Source: Octopus sinensis (taxonomy: Eukaryota). Taken from it: a stretch of 64,000 nt of DNA. The stretch is taken from NCBI RefSeq assembly GCF_006345805.1, contig NW_021832436.1, positions 1-64,000 of the forward strand, written 5' to 3'. The notes beneath the pieces are model-generated. The model was not told the DNA's origin. It worked only from the letters and a program-made list of their open reading frames with translations, and made no database searches. This document shows positions 13,863 to 24,491 of the stretch, piece after piece. The first letter of the stretch is position 1, and every line of letters starts with the position of its first letter. A program made the translations under genes and the position numbers.

Positions 13863-15578
13863 ATGGCTATTTGCTCTTCGTGCAAAACTAGCAACGATCG
13901 GAAGAAAGGTAGATACTGTTCTGGCTGCAACAGTTTCTTCCACTTTTCGTGTGTTCGACTTTCCAGGCGCGTTTCAGCTTCTCTCATAACCTGGAACTGC
14001 CCTGTTTGTCGTTCTTGCAGGCCGGTCCCGGCCAACAGTCCGCCGGAAATCCCTGCTGAAAGTCCATCTTCGTCAGCCGAAGATGCTTTAAGATTCATCT
14101 ATTCTTCTCGCTGTAACCGCCAAATTCCGGCACGGATACCGAAGGCAGCGAGGATTCAAGCTGCTCTCTCTTTGTCCACAGCTATAAACCGCGCTTTGTC
14201 ATCTAATGACCAGTCTGACTGGTTACTCCTTTTTGGTTTTGCTGTTTTCGGTATTGGGATCCAACCCTCCCGGCTCGACAGCGAGTCTAAAAAACTTTCT
14301 CCCGCATCGATTATTAAACAGCAACTCGCCCTATTCGATCATTATACTTCTCTGTTTCCCTCCCAGTTCGATTCCCTCCACTCTGACTCTCACAAATGTG
14401 TCGCCCCTTCTGTGGTTAACACTAAAACTTCCTCCGATTGCATTTACCTCCGTCGTAAGGTGAACAGCAAGCTGTTGGATGGCGATGTCCGTGGAGCTGT
14501 CAGACTTGTTGCCTCCTCTAACCGGCTTTTGTCCCCATCTCTTTCCGTTTCGTCTAATTTGAGATCCAAGCACCCCAGTCCTCCAGTAAACTCCCGCATC
14601 CAACCCGCTATCAATACGACCGCCCTTGCGCAACTGCTGGTTACCGCTTCACAGGTTGAGAAGGCACTGAAAAGTTTTTCCCCAAGCAGCAGTGGGGGTA
14701 TAGATGGGCTGAAGCCCGGACACATTAAAGACTTGACTTCACCTCTTACTGCTGAGGCAGGCCTCTTGGAATCTATCACCAATCTCTGTAACCGTCTTAT
14801 CGGTGGGAATTTACCGGATTTTGCCCGGGCGATTTTCTTCTCGGCTAATCTCACTGCTTTGGGTAAAAAAGATAACGGGGTCGAGCCGATCGCCGTGAAT
14901 AATGTTTTTCGCAGATTGGCCGGAAAGCTCGTTTGCCACGTTGTGATCCCCGAGTTGGTCCCGAAATTTTTGCCAGTCCAATTGGGCGTCGGCGTCAGTG
15001 GAGGGTGTGAATCGGCTGCCCATGCCGTAAGAGAACTTATGGATTCTTCATTGGAATATCTTTTAGTTAAACTGGACATATCGAATGCGTTCAACACAGT
15101 GAGACGGGATCATTTGCTCGAGACCTGCCTTTCTCTCGCCCCCTCCGCTTATCCTCTGGTCCACCTTTCGTACTCACAACCCAGCCTCCTCCTGTTTGGC
15201 GATTCCTTTATCGTCTCATCGACCGGAGTGCAACAGGGAGATCCCCTGGAACCTTTCCTATTTGCTATGTGTGTCAACTCCGTCGCTCATTCTGTCCGCT
15301 CTCCGGTAAATATCTGGTACTTGGACGACGCGACGATTTGTGGACCTCCCCGCTCTGTCTTAGACGACCTGCGGAGCATTATCCCGGCCCTTTCATCCAT
15401 CGGTCTGGAGATAAACTCAAGCAAGTCCGAAGTCCTAAATCTGAATATTCCTTCCGATTTTTTTGCCGAAACTCTGGACGCCCTGGAACCTATTCTAAAA
15501 GGCGCGCGGGTATCAGAAACAAAGGACCTTGTAATCCTTGGTTCGCCAATCGGTCACGAGGCCCTCTCCGAGTTCTAA
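13863..15578 (+). CDS. PHD finger (C4HC3) fused to a CRE-clade non-LTR reverse transcriptase, 571 aa, ending before the RLE endonuclease
   Basis: ATG at 13863. CSSC..CSGC..H..C..CPVC; SSGGIDGL, QLGVGVSGGCE, LDISNAFN, GVQQGDPL, WYLDD, ILGSPIG, then TAA. Confidence 0.88.
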   Translation: MAICSSCKTSNDRKKGRYCSGCNSFFHFSCVRLSRRVSASLITWNCPVCRSCRPVPANSPPEIPAESPSSSAEDALRFIYSSRCNRQIPARIPKAARIQAALSLSTAINRALSSNDQSDWLLLFGFAVFGIGIQPSRLDSESKKLSPASIIKQQLALFDHYTSLFPSQFDSLHSDSHKCVAPSVVNTKTSSDCIYLRRKVNSKLLDGDVRGAVRLVASSNRLLSPSLSVSSNLRSKHPSPPVNSRIQPAINTTALAQLLVTASQVEKALKSFSPSSSGGIDGLKPGHIKDLTSPLTAEAGLLESITNLCNRLIGGNLPDFARAIFFSANLTALGKKDNGVEPIAVNNVFRRLAGKLVCHVVIPELVPKFLPVQLGVGVSGGCESAAHAVRELMDSSLEYLLVKLDISNAFNTVRRDHLLETCLSLAPSAYPLVHLSYSQPSLLLFGDSFIVSSTGVQQGDPLEPFLFAMCVNSVAHSVRSPVNIWYLDDATICGPPRSVLDDLRSIIPALSSIGLEINSSKSEVLNLNIPSDFFAETLDALEPILKGARVSETKDLVILGSPIGHEALSEF

Positions 15579-16424
15579 TGGAGGTTCAGGGAGGTTCGTT
15601 CGTGCGGCGACTGCTTGTGCAAGGTGTCCTCGGAAATGAAGTGCGCCCTCTAGAAGAAAGAGTGCGGTATGTTAGATAGTCTTGACATTGAAAAGGCTTT
15701 CGACTTGGTGTGTCACGACGCCCTCCGGAGCTCCCTCGCCACGTGTGGAGTTTCTCCGTGTCTAAGGAGCTGGCTGTCGGGGTTCTTTGAATCTCGCGGA
15801 CAGATCGTGCGGCATCAGGGGGTCTTTTTTAAAGTCACAACAATCCTTCGCAGGGTCCCTCAGAGCTCTGTACTGAGTCCCACGCTTTTTAATGTCTTTA
15901 TGGCTTCTGCGCCCATGCCAGTCAATGCTCGTATTGAAATGGTGATTTATGCAAACGACATCATCATCTGGGATCACTCGATGAAACCTAAATGTGGGTT
16001 TCGTAGGCTACAGGTTTCTGTGGATGGACTTGTAAACTGGTGTGGGAGTAGGGATCTAAAGATGCGTGCGAAAAAATGCAGTGTCCTCAAAGTCTGTAAA
16101 ATTACAAGGGGTTACACTAATTACGTCCCTAGGTTATTGCCGAACGCGTCAGCAATTGCTGCAGTTGATCGGATGACTTATTTGGTCGTGCTCTTCAAGC
16201 CGGCCAGTAAGTTTGATGATCACATTGCACGTACGAAAATGGGTGTAATGCAGCGATCAGGCGCGTTGCGTGCTTTCCGGCTGCGGGTTCAGGACCTGGA
16301 AAGTAGTCAATGGAAAGAAGGAAGAGTTCAGCTATGGAATCCACCATGTGATATCCTCACATCTAGGGATCGTCCCAAATTGCATAATACATTAAGGAAT
16401 TTATTACATATGAAATTATATTAG
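15579..16424 (+). pseudogene. Jockey/I-like LINE RT remnant, in frame with the upstream CRE ORF
   Basis: WRFREVRSCGDC..*..LDIEKAFD..VPQSSVLSPTLF..YANDII. Homologous to the RT at 41580-42000. Catalytic YADD is degraded to YAND. Confidence 0.8.
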
Positions 16425-16769
16425 AAACTTATTATTTATATATACTTAGAAGTACCCCCATATATGATTAACATGATAATGTTGAATTCAGAACGTCGAA
16501 AGTAGTCAATTAAAGAAGGAAGAGTTCAGTTAGGGAATCCAACATGTGCATATCCTCATTTCTTGGGACAGTTCTCCGTGATTATCGACTGCGTAAATTT
16601 GTTCGTACTCCTCTACAATCTTCTTATCATTTCTAATTAGGATTTATAATTTTTGATTCAAGATTTGAGTCATAGTATGAAAATCCATACTCGAGTTCTC
16701 CACGTGTTTTCAAGCAATTGAACCTATTTTTTCTCTCTTACCTTCTTTATTTTCGTTCCCTCGTTCCAC

Positions 16770-17760
16770 CACTACGATTCCTGGTGTTTTCCACTCCCAG
16801 GTTCTTTCCCGTTATCTGAGTTCATTTCTGGGACGCATTCTATCTCTTTCGTTTTCAAATTCACTAAACTCCTCCACCGCCCCCGGCAAATTCCGTCAAG
16901 AATCACTAAAGTTGCTCGTATCCTAGAAGCCTCCTTTTTATCCACGGTAATTGATGATGGTTTGGATTCCGATGGGCAATCTGATTGGCTAAAGCTGTTC
17001 TGCTTTTTTTCTTTCGGCTTCCCCTTTTTTCCATTCAGAGTCTAATAAAATCTCTTCCCCCTTCTTTGCCACGATCGTCAAACAAGAATTGCCCTCTTAT
17101 TACGAGAACTGTTTTTCTCTTCGCTGGCTGAATGCCTATCTCGTCAATTCAGATTCTCCTCTTGGTCCAACCTTCCATAACCCACCTGCTGCCGTGAATG
17201 ACTACGACTACCTCTACAGAAAGGTAGAAAGCAAACTTATGGATGGCGATGTTCGTAGAGCTGTCAGGCATGTCGCTTCGACGAGTTTGAATTTGTTTTT
17301 GATACTAGCCGTTTTGAATTCTCTACGACTTCAGACCTCAGGCGTCCCCTGCCACACTTGTCAATCCCTTTGTGGCCTCGGAAGACCTCGTACTGAAAGC
17401 CCTGAGGAACTTTCCCCCAGAAAGCAGCGGTGGAGTAGATAGCCTGAAGCCTGGTCATCTAAAAAAATTTGACTTCTCTAATCATCGCTGAAACTGGACG
17501 GAGATTATTACGTTCAATTACCAGCCTGTGCAACCGATTTATTTTAGGCTCTCTTTCCGATTTTGTATGCGGGATCTTCTTTTCTGCCAACCTTACTCGT
17601 TTTGGAAAAAGGACAACGGCGTGAGATTCATCGCCGTGGGAAGTTTTTTCAGGATGCTCTCTGCTTAGCTTCTGTGCATGCCATTGTCCTCTACTTGTCC
17701 TCGGAGTTTCTATCTGCCCAACTCGGGGTCGGTGTCTCAAATGGCTGCGAAGGAAAGATC
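16770..17760 (+). pseudogene. Older degraded CRE-clade ORF (N-terminal region to start of RT); the macro-repeat boundary at 17178 lies inside it
   Basis: RQIPSRITKVARILEASFLSTVIDDGLDSDGQSDWLKLFC aligns with RQIPARIPKAARIQAALSLSTAINRALSSNDQSDWLLLFG. It continues YLYRKVESKLMDGDVRRAV and QLGVGVSNGCE. Partial copies at ~250-634 and ~8560-8954. Confidence 0.8.
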
Positions 17761-18300
17761 AATGTCCTGGCATACGGAAATGATGTGGATTTTATTTCCT
17801 TCGACAAGAATGCTCTAGATAGCCTATTGAAGGTGTTTTCAAATGAAATGGTGTAGTGGTTTCTCTCGTGTAGTGGTAAATGTAGAGAAAACAGAATTTA
17901 CTTAACTTTTCAGATAAATGCCTAAGCTGGATGAATACTTAAGAAAAAAAGCTAAGAAACTTTTTTCTCTATTGTGAGATGAACAATACGTAATTATGTG
18001 GAAAACACACGCAAACAGACCACTGCGGAGCCTAAAAGAAAATTGGCTAAAATGCAAAGGAATCAGTCAGTACACAAACACGGATATGTTTATACAATTC
18101 ACTGATGAAACCTATACTCCTCTATAATGCCGGAACATGGGGACTTTATGATACGGGCAATCTCAATCTAGACTCGGTTCATGAACATCATTTCTAGATA
18201 CTCTTTCCTCCAAATGGCATTCGAGGCTTAGCAGTAAAACAGTTTATGCCATGACATCAAGCAAACCAATATCTATCGAAAAGTCACTTAGATGTTGAAT
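17760..18300 (+). pseudogene. Degraded RTE-like LINE fragment
   Basis: INVLAYGNDVDFIS resembles TIYTDDVELIS at 50210; YNAGTWG-like remnant at ~18123. Confidence 0.5.
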
Positions 18301-18560
18301 TTACAAACAAACTCCCTCGTTTTTTCTCCCATAAAATAAAAATTTAACTTAATTTTTTAACTTTATGAAAATTTTGAATAAAAATTATTCCCTATATTAT
18401 TTTACTTGAACATTATTACACAATTTGTTAAATATATTTTTTTAATATAGAGTTTTATTAAATAAAAGTAATTATTTGAAAGCAAATCATACATCCATTT
18501 TGTAGATAGCTGTTTCAGTCAAAGTTTTAATTTCTAAAATTTTAAAACATCACTCTACAT

Positions 18561-21548
18561 ATGGAGTTTTCGGAATATTCCTTTTTGAATGTTGACAAAG
18601 AGTTTTTAAAAGCTGATTTTTCTTTGCCTGGATTCATTTCTCTCAAAGTATATTTAATCGAAATTGTTATGATTAGGGCCTCGTTTTAGCGAGTCCTGAT
18701 CGAGTCCAGGAAGAGATTATTTGCTTAGCAGAACAGGAAAAAAATGTAATCCCATTTAATTAGAATCTAGGTCGACGAGAGATGTAAAATAGCCACACTA
18801 AATAAAGGAAACAATCTCGACTTTGGCTTTATTTCATCAACGAGAGATGCTTTACATTCAGCGCTTTTTCTTGCACGTCATTCACGGAAGTATTTCAGAT
18901 TTATTATAATTTAGACAACTTTGGGATTTTGAGGCCACATATGCCAACCAAATTAGCAGGATAGAAGCGCTAAACTGTTTAAAAAATAGATTGTTTGAGG
19001 TTTTGGACGTTCTTAAGCATATTCAACATTCCGTTAATAAAATTTCGATTTAATATTCTAGATTAATGTTACTGACATGATCGAGAGCTCTTTGACCATT
19101 TTTAGTGACGGAAGCTCAAATAACAGCATAGAGGAGACCGAGTCTGTTCAAGATACTATCATCTCAATAAACAAGTTCAGATTAATATATGAACAGCTAA
19201 ATTTACCAGTTTTAAAAAAGTATTTTTAGTCTTTACTAATTAGTAAACTTGCGACCCGGTTGGAGATGTTTGTGAGCTGTGCTGAAGTGAGAATTGAAAA
19301 GGCATTTATGGACTTGGCTTTTAATTTTATTCCCGAGGTCTATTCCTCCCTCATTAGATCCTACACTCTACTCTTTTCTGAAGATGACCAACAAAAAAAA
19401 GTGTTCTTATTTCAAAATTATTAAGTTTGATCAAACACTGTCGAATATATTCCGGATTCTAATTAGTGACCAGCTCCGTGAGAGCAGTAACCACACCAAG
19501 GTTTTTCTACGTATAAAAAAATTTTCAGAAACTCCTTTTCGTCCAGTTCAGAAAACACTTTTGTAATATGTTTGAGAAGACTTGGAAGATTATGAGCGTA
19601 TTTTTACAGATTTACACATGGCACCTAAATTCTCGTTTGATTATTCTTTATGTCCCAAGACGAAGACTTGGTCTTTCCTATACATTCCTTCGAAGGAATG
19701 TCTATCACTGCACTTCAGAACATTAAAGTTTTTATTCAATCGTTCTCTGATTTTCACTCAATCGACGACTTTATAGACGTTATCACTCTCCTTTCTCAGT
19801 CCTATCGTTTATTAATCATTACAGGTTCATTATAATGTGTCAAGTATTTTCATCGCATACATCTTCTGCAAATGGTGCACTTGACGAATACGTCAAAGAT
19901 CTTTATACTTGGACTAACAACGTTTTCGATACTCTTCATAGGTAATTTAATCTTGTCCTAGTTAATTTAGGCTTAAGAGCGAGGAAGTTACTTTCCAACT
20001 GGAAAATGAGCAGTGGCATGATTGCCCTGTCGCATGTTTTCGTGCATCCAAACGCGTGGTTCTAATCCATGTTTGTATATTGGGCTTGTTTTTAATTCCT
20101 TTAATTGACTAGCTTTTTTTATATGATTTGTTAGGAACTTACAATTCTTGTGCGCTTCATTTCGGACCAGTCGGACGTTAAATCATTTCAACAAGAGACT
20201 CAATTCCAATTTCGAGATCCTTCAGAAGTATATTCTGGTGACAAATTTATTCATAGATATTCTTTCTTTATTCAGCAAAGGATACAAGTCTTTTTAATTC
20301 TTCCAATCAGTTCTCGTTGTGCATTTTTATGATAGGGGAACTGAGTTGTATCATATTTGTAACACAGGTGTCAACTTTTTAAGACTATTTGGCAAGTACA
20401 TTGTTATTATGGACACATTTCCTTCAACCTCGTATCTGGTTATCACTTGTGTATACCAGATGCTTTTTGTTTTCATTAAAATTGTATTTATATTATTTTA
20501 CTTTAAGGTTTTTTGCACATTTGTGAGCCCTGTAAGTACAATGTGGTAATATATTTAGACTGATACTTTTAGTGAGGCAGTGAATAGCAGAATTGCTGCT
20601 TTTAAGGCTAAAATAGGGATTGAACATACCAGTCTTGCTGTTCGTGTTTATTTTGCTTGATTTACAGGGTTTTGAACCAAAAACTGGCGATTTTAAGGCA
20701 TATCTTGTCGCCGTTGAAACAATGTACTCTTAATGAGTAAATTTTTGTCAGAAATTGTATTTCATCTCATTTATACATGTCTCACACACTCGTATTCAGA
20801 AATAGTTTCGACAAAACATTCAGAATAATTGAACTTTTTGATTTTGTAATTATGAGAAATATGTTTAGACATGCTTTTTAATCAACGAGTTGCACGAGTT
20901 TGCCTGTAGGTCGTTTGCTAGGAAATTTGGTGTGGAGAAACAATTGGTATCTTCGATTAAGGCCATGGACTGGTCACTAGGAGAATACGTCCAGAACAGT
21001 GAATACATTCAGTCAACGATCAACGTTAGTGTTGCTAATATTTTCAGAACGTCCGCACTCTGAATGATCTCGTACTTGGACTTAACAATGAGTTGGCGCT
21101 GAAAGATTTAAGTTATTCCGCCATGTGGGACGAAATATCTTTAAATTTATGCCTTACTCTGATTGACGGGTATTTCCCGATCAGACGTTTAGTTATGGAC
21201 ATGTCAAAAGGTGTTCCAACGAAGGAAGGGGGCAAATGCTTATAGACTTTAATAATTTAATGACTACACTTGAGAATATTTTGTCAATCAATTGGTACAT
21301 TTGAATGTCCAGTAATCACTATAGTTTTGAAAAATATAAGGATTTGGTTCTTGACTTTATTAAAGCGTTTTATATGGATAAACACGAGCTCGAGCTCTTT
21401 ATTCGCTCAAATAAAGCATTTATTGTAGTTATATTCCTAGACCCACACTAATAAACAACTCTCCAATCTCATCAGTTCGATGGACCATCTCGGTTTTTTA
21501 ACAAAACAGAAACTCCAAATTATAATAAATTCAGAATCTAATAATTAA
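18561..21548 (+). CDS. VPS50: Syndetin / VPS50 (EARP subunit), multi-exon
   Basis: The spliced N-terminus (LAEQEKNVDERCKIATLNK, ARHSRKQLWD, VQDTIISINK) and the C-terminus (CSNEGRGQMLIDFNNL, FIKAFYM, TNKQLSNL) match VPS50 as I recall it. Exon boundaries are approximate. Confidence 0.75.
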
Positions 21549-21600
21549 TATTTTTATTAATTGTTTTTATTTATTTCATTCTTTTTTAGTTTCGTATCTA

Positions 21601-22992
21601 ATGGCCTGTTTCTCAGAATTAGCAGAAACATGTGGCTTTCCTCTTTACTGCATGTCATTTGGAAAATGTCCTTTTCTTTTGATAAGTGGAGGAGGTGGAA
21701 AGTCTATGATAAACAAATATGTTACATTTTCAAGTCATAAATAGATCATATATGACGTAACATGTGGGACCTATCACAGAGTCGCTCTTAATCCGATACT
21801 TGCGGTTGACACTGGAGATTCTTGTCCACAAAAGTGTATACTCTTCGAATTGGAGGACAGAAGGTTTATTTTCATCACAGAATATTCGTTAATAAGTGTT
21901 TCTGAATTAAAAGTCCATTTTGAGCGTATAGTATTGGTGGAAACATTATAGCAACTAATTTGCCAAATTTTCATTATTTCGTTGAGACCGTCTCCGAGTT
22001 TAACGTTGGAGGACATCAAAGACGACTAATGGCCACTACAATGACCTTGAACATGAGAGATGGATTTGCCTTTTTTTATATTGCTTGGTCAGATTGTACA
22101 ATAAGTGCGCTAATTGTAAGGCAACTAGCTATATTTCAGTTTAGTGACGACTCTTTATCATTTTTATGGAATATTCCATCCCCTTGTTGTATGGATGTCA
22201 GACAGTTGTCGGCAATGTCTGATTATGTTCAATTCTTATTTATTAATTCTTTCATAGTTGGTCGTGGTCTGTGATGCGTCACCGTTTCCATTTTGTATTT
22301 CTGTTTTTAGTGAGAAACGTGAAGAAAAACAAATAGGCAATATAACTGAAAATTTTAATTGCCGATTTTGCTGGTTTATCTCAATTCTCAACTTCTAGTT
22401 TGGTTTCTCTGGATCCTGAAAGTAACTCCAATTGCCTAACTACTTTCATTTTTCTGGCTTATTCTCCCTCACAAATTCAGAATATGAAAAAAATTGCTTC
22501 ATTCTTGTCGATTTATAACGGAATTACTTTTGAACTTAAAACCACATTTGAACTAGGAAAATATGCAATAACTGCCATGTCTGTTGAGTTTGAGCACTTT
22601 TTTTCTTTTAGTGATTTTGGAAAATATGCTGCCATTGGTTTGGCTGACGGAAAAATCCATGTTTTCGACACAGTTAGACAAAAAGTATCTTACTAATGAC
22701 ATTTTTGTTAGTTGTGCTTTACCTCACCTGTATTTCATAAACTTTTTGTGACACAAGTAAGATTTCTGCCTCGGAATGACAAGTACTACTTCTGGCTGAC
22801 TAGTCACTGCAAGTTCGTTATTCTCAGCACGTCTGGTGACGGAACTGTTAAGTGTCACTATAAAAAAAAGGGTTTCGCATTTTGTTCACACTTGTAGATA
22901 AAAAGCTTTTTATTTTTAAATACTTTTCATTCATTTTCTCTCTCCTCACTTTTTTCTTTTATTCCTTTGCTTCTATTGAGATGCAGAATTGA
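21601..22992 (+). CDS. PREB: SEC12/PREB WD40 guanine-nucleotide exchange factor
   Basis: N-terminal GFPLYCM...LLISGGGG; SDFGKYAAIGLADG; HKLFVTQVRFLP; C-terminal TM segment KKLFIFKYFSFIFSLLTFFFYSFA. Confidence 0.75.
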
Positions 22993-23681
22993 TTAATTGA
23001 TAAATATTTTTTTCGAGTTCATTTTATTTTGTGAAAAATCAAGGCACTATTTATTAAATCTGAGAATACATTGAGTTTCAGATTTTTTTGATTCATTACT
23101 TTCTTAGTTTCCCTATAGAAACTTAAGGGAAAGTAACTAGTTATCCATAGTTATTGAGAATCTTTCGATAAGGCAGTAATATTGCCAATTTTGCTGCATC
23201 ATAGATTCAATTATGTCAATCAAGTTTCACGCAGAAGGCTCCAAAAACCAGGCTTCTCAAAGCCGAGTATATAAACACTATTAATCTCGAAATTTTTAAT
23301 ATTTTTATTTTTACCTTTTCTACCCACCATGCCACTAAACTGAGTTTTATATCAATTGGACCCAAAACAAACGAAAGTGGCGTCATATCATTTGGTCTCT
23401 TTTCCTATTCAAATATATTCTAGCAAGTATCAGTATTTAAAAGGTATTATTTTTATTTCTGAATGATTTGCATTGCAATTTATGCACCAGCAATAGGAAA
23501 GATTTTAGGGTGAATTACATTCGAATCCGTATAGGTTCGCCTTTCTGAAGTATTCAGTTCAGAACTTTGAATTCCTCCATAGAAAATTTGAAATTTGTAA
23601 AGACTATTATTATTTGCACTATCATAGGAACGTAATATTTTTTTTTTTTGAAAAACACTTTGATAGTGAAATAAGTTAGTC

Positions 23682-24478
23682 CAGGCATTCTCAACCTTTT
23701 TTTGTTCATCGCCCCCTTAGATATTTTATCGCCCCCCTTTGAAATTTTATCGCCCCCTTGTCCATATACAATTTAAAAATTTTTGGGCATTGTCCCTTAA
23801 TTGGTTGTTTTTTGTATATAATAAGGATTTCCTTTACATTGTCACCCATTTCATCAATTCTTCGACGAATCGAATCATTCATTGCTAAGAGGTAGACTTT
23901 TAATAATTTTAGAAGCATCTTGATGCATTACATCCGATATTATTACTTCCAGTGATGGAATTATTACATTTTCTGCGATAGTATGAGAACTGGAAGTTTT
24001 CGCAATAATTTCAGCAATTTTATAGGAAGCGATGTGCCCACCCACAACTACATATAAATAAATGTTAAATAACCATCATGTACTGGCTTTGTGAATAACG
24101 ATTTGATCGTTTTCTTATTTTTAAAATTGTATTTTAAATTTTGAAAATATTCAATCGGCTTTGACATTTTATCCGGGTGCTTGCGTTTTAGATGATCCTG
24201 TAATTGTGATGGCTTCATCGCCTCATTTGAGAAAGAACATTGACAAATAAAACAATAAGGCTGTTTTGTATCTTCAGTACTTTGAATAAACCCATATTTT
24301 AAATATTCGTTTTGATAATGACGACTTTTCTTATTTGAGCGAGAAGACATCTTAGATACCAAACAAGAATGTAAAAACAGCGTGCTATTTTAAAATCGCC
24401 CCCTTGTAAAAAATTATCGCCCCCTGTACAAAATTTTCGCCCCTAGGGGGGCGATTCGCCCCCGGTTGAGAACACCTG
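23682..24478 (-). mobile_element. hAT (Buster-type) internal-deletion derivative, 797 bp
   Basis: 15-bp TIRs caggcattctcaacc / ggttgagaacacctg; 8-bp TSD AGTTAGTC; BED-finger transposase N-terminus (YLKYGF..CFIC..NEAMKPSQLQDHLKRKH); subterminal tcgcccc repeats. Confidence 0.92.
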
Positions 24479-24491
24479 AGTTAGTCAATGA

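Larger units (their letters stand above)
1..17178 (+). repeat. Head-to-tail ~8.3-kb macro-repeat: 3' stub 1-634, unit 635-8954, unit 8955-17178
   Basis: The sequence atgtgcatatcctcatttcttgggacag recurs at 1, 8317 and 16544. The order satellite, PHD-RT, second RT, old CRE fragment is the same in both units. The junction ccttccat|(t)cagattctcctcttg lies at 634/635 and 8954/8955, and similarity stops at ccttccat| 17178. Confidence 0.93.

Noticed and set aside
18561-21548. Exocyst SEC8/EXOC4 assignment
   Set aside because: The C-terminal CSNEGR..DF..FIKAFY motif and the N-terminal alignment fit VPS50 better.
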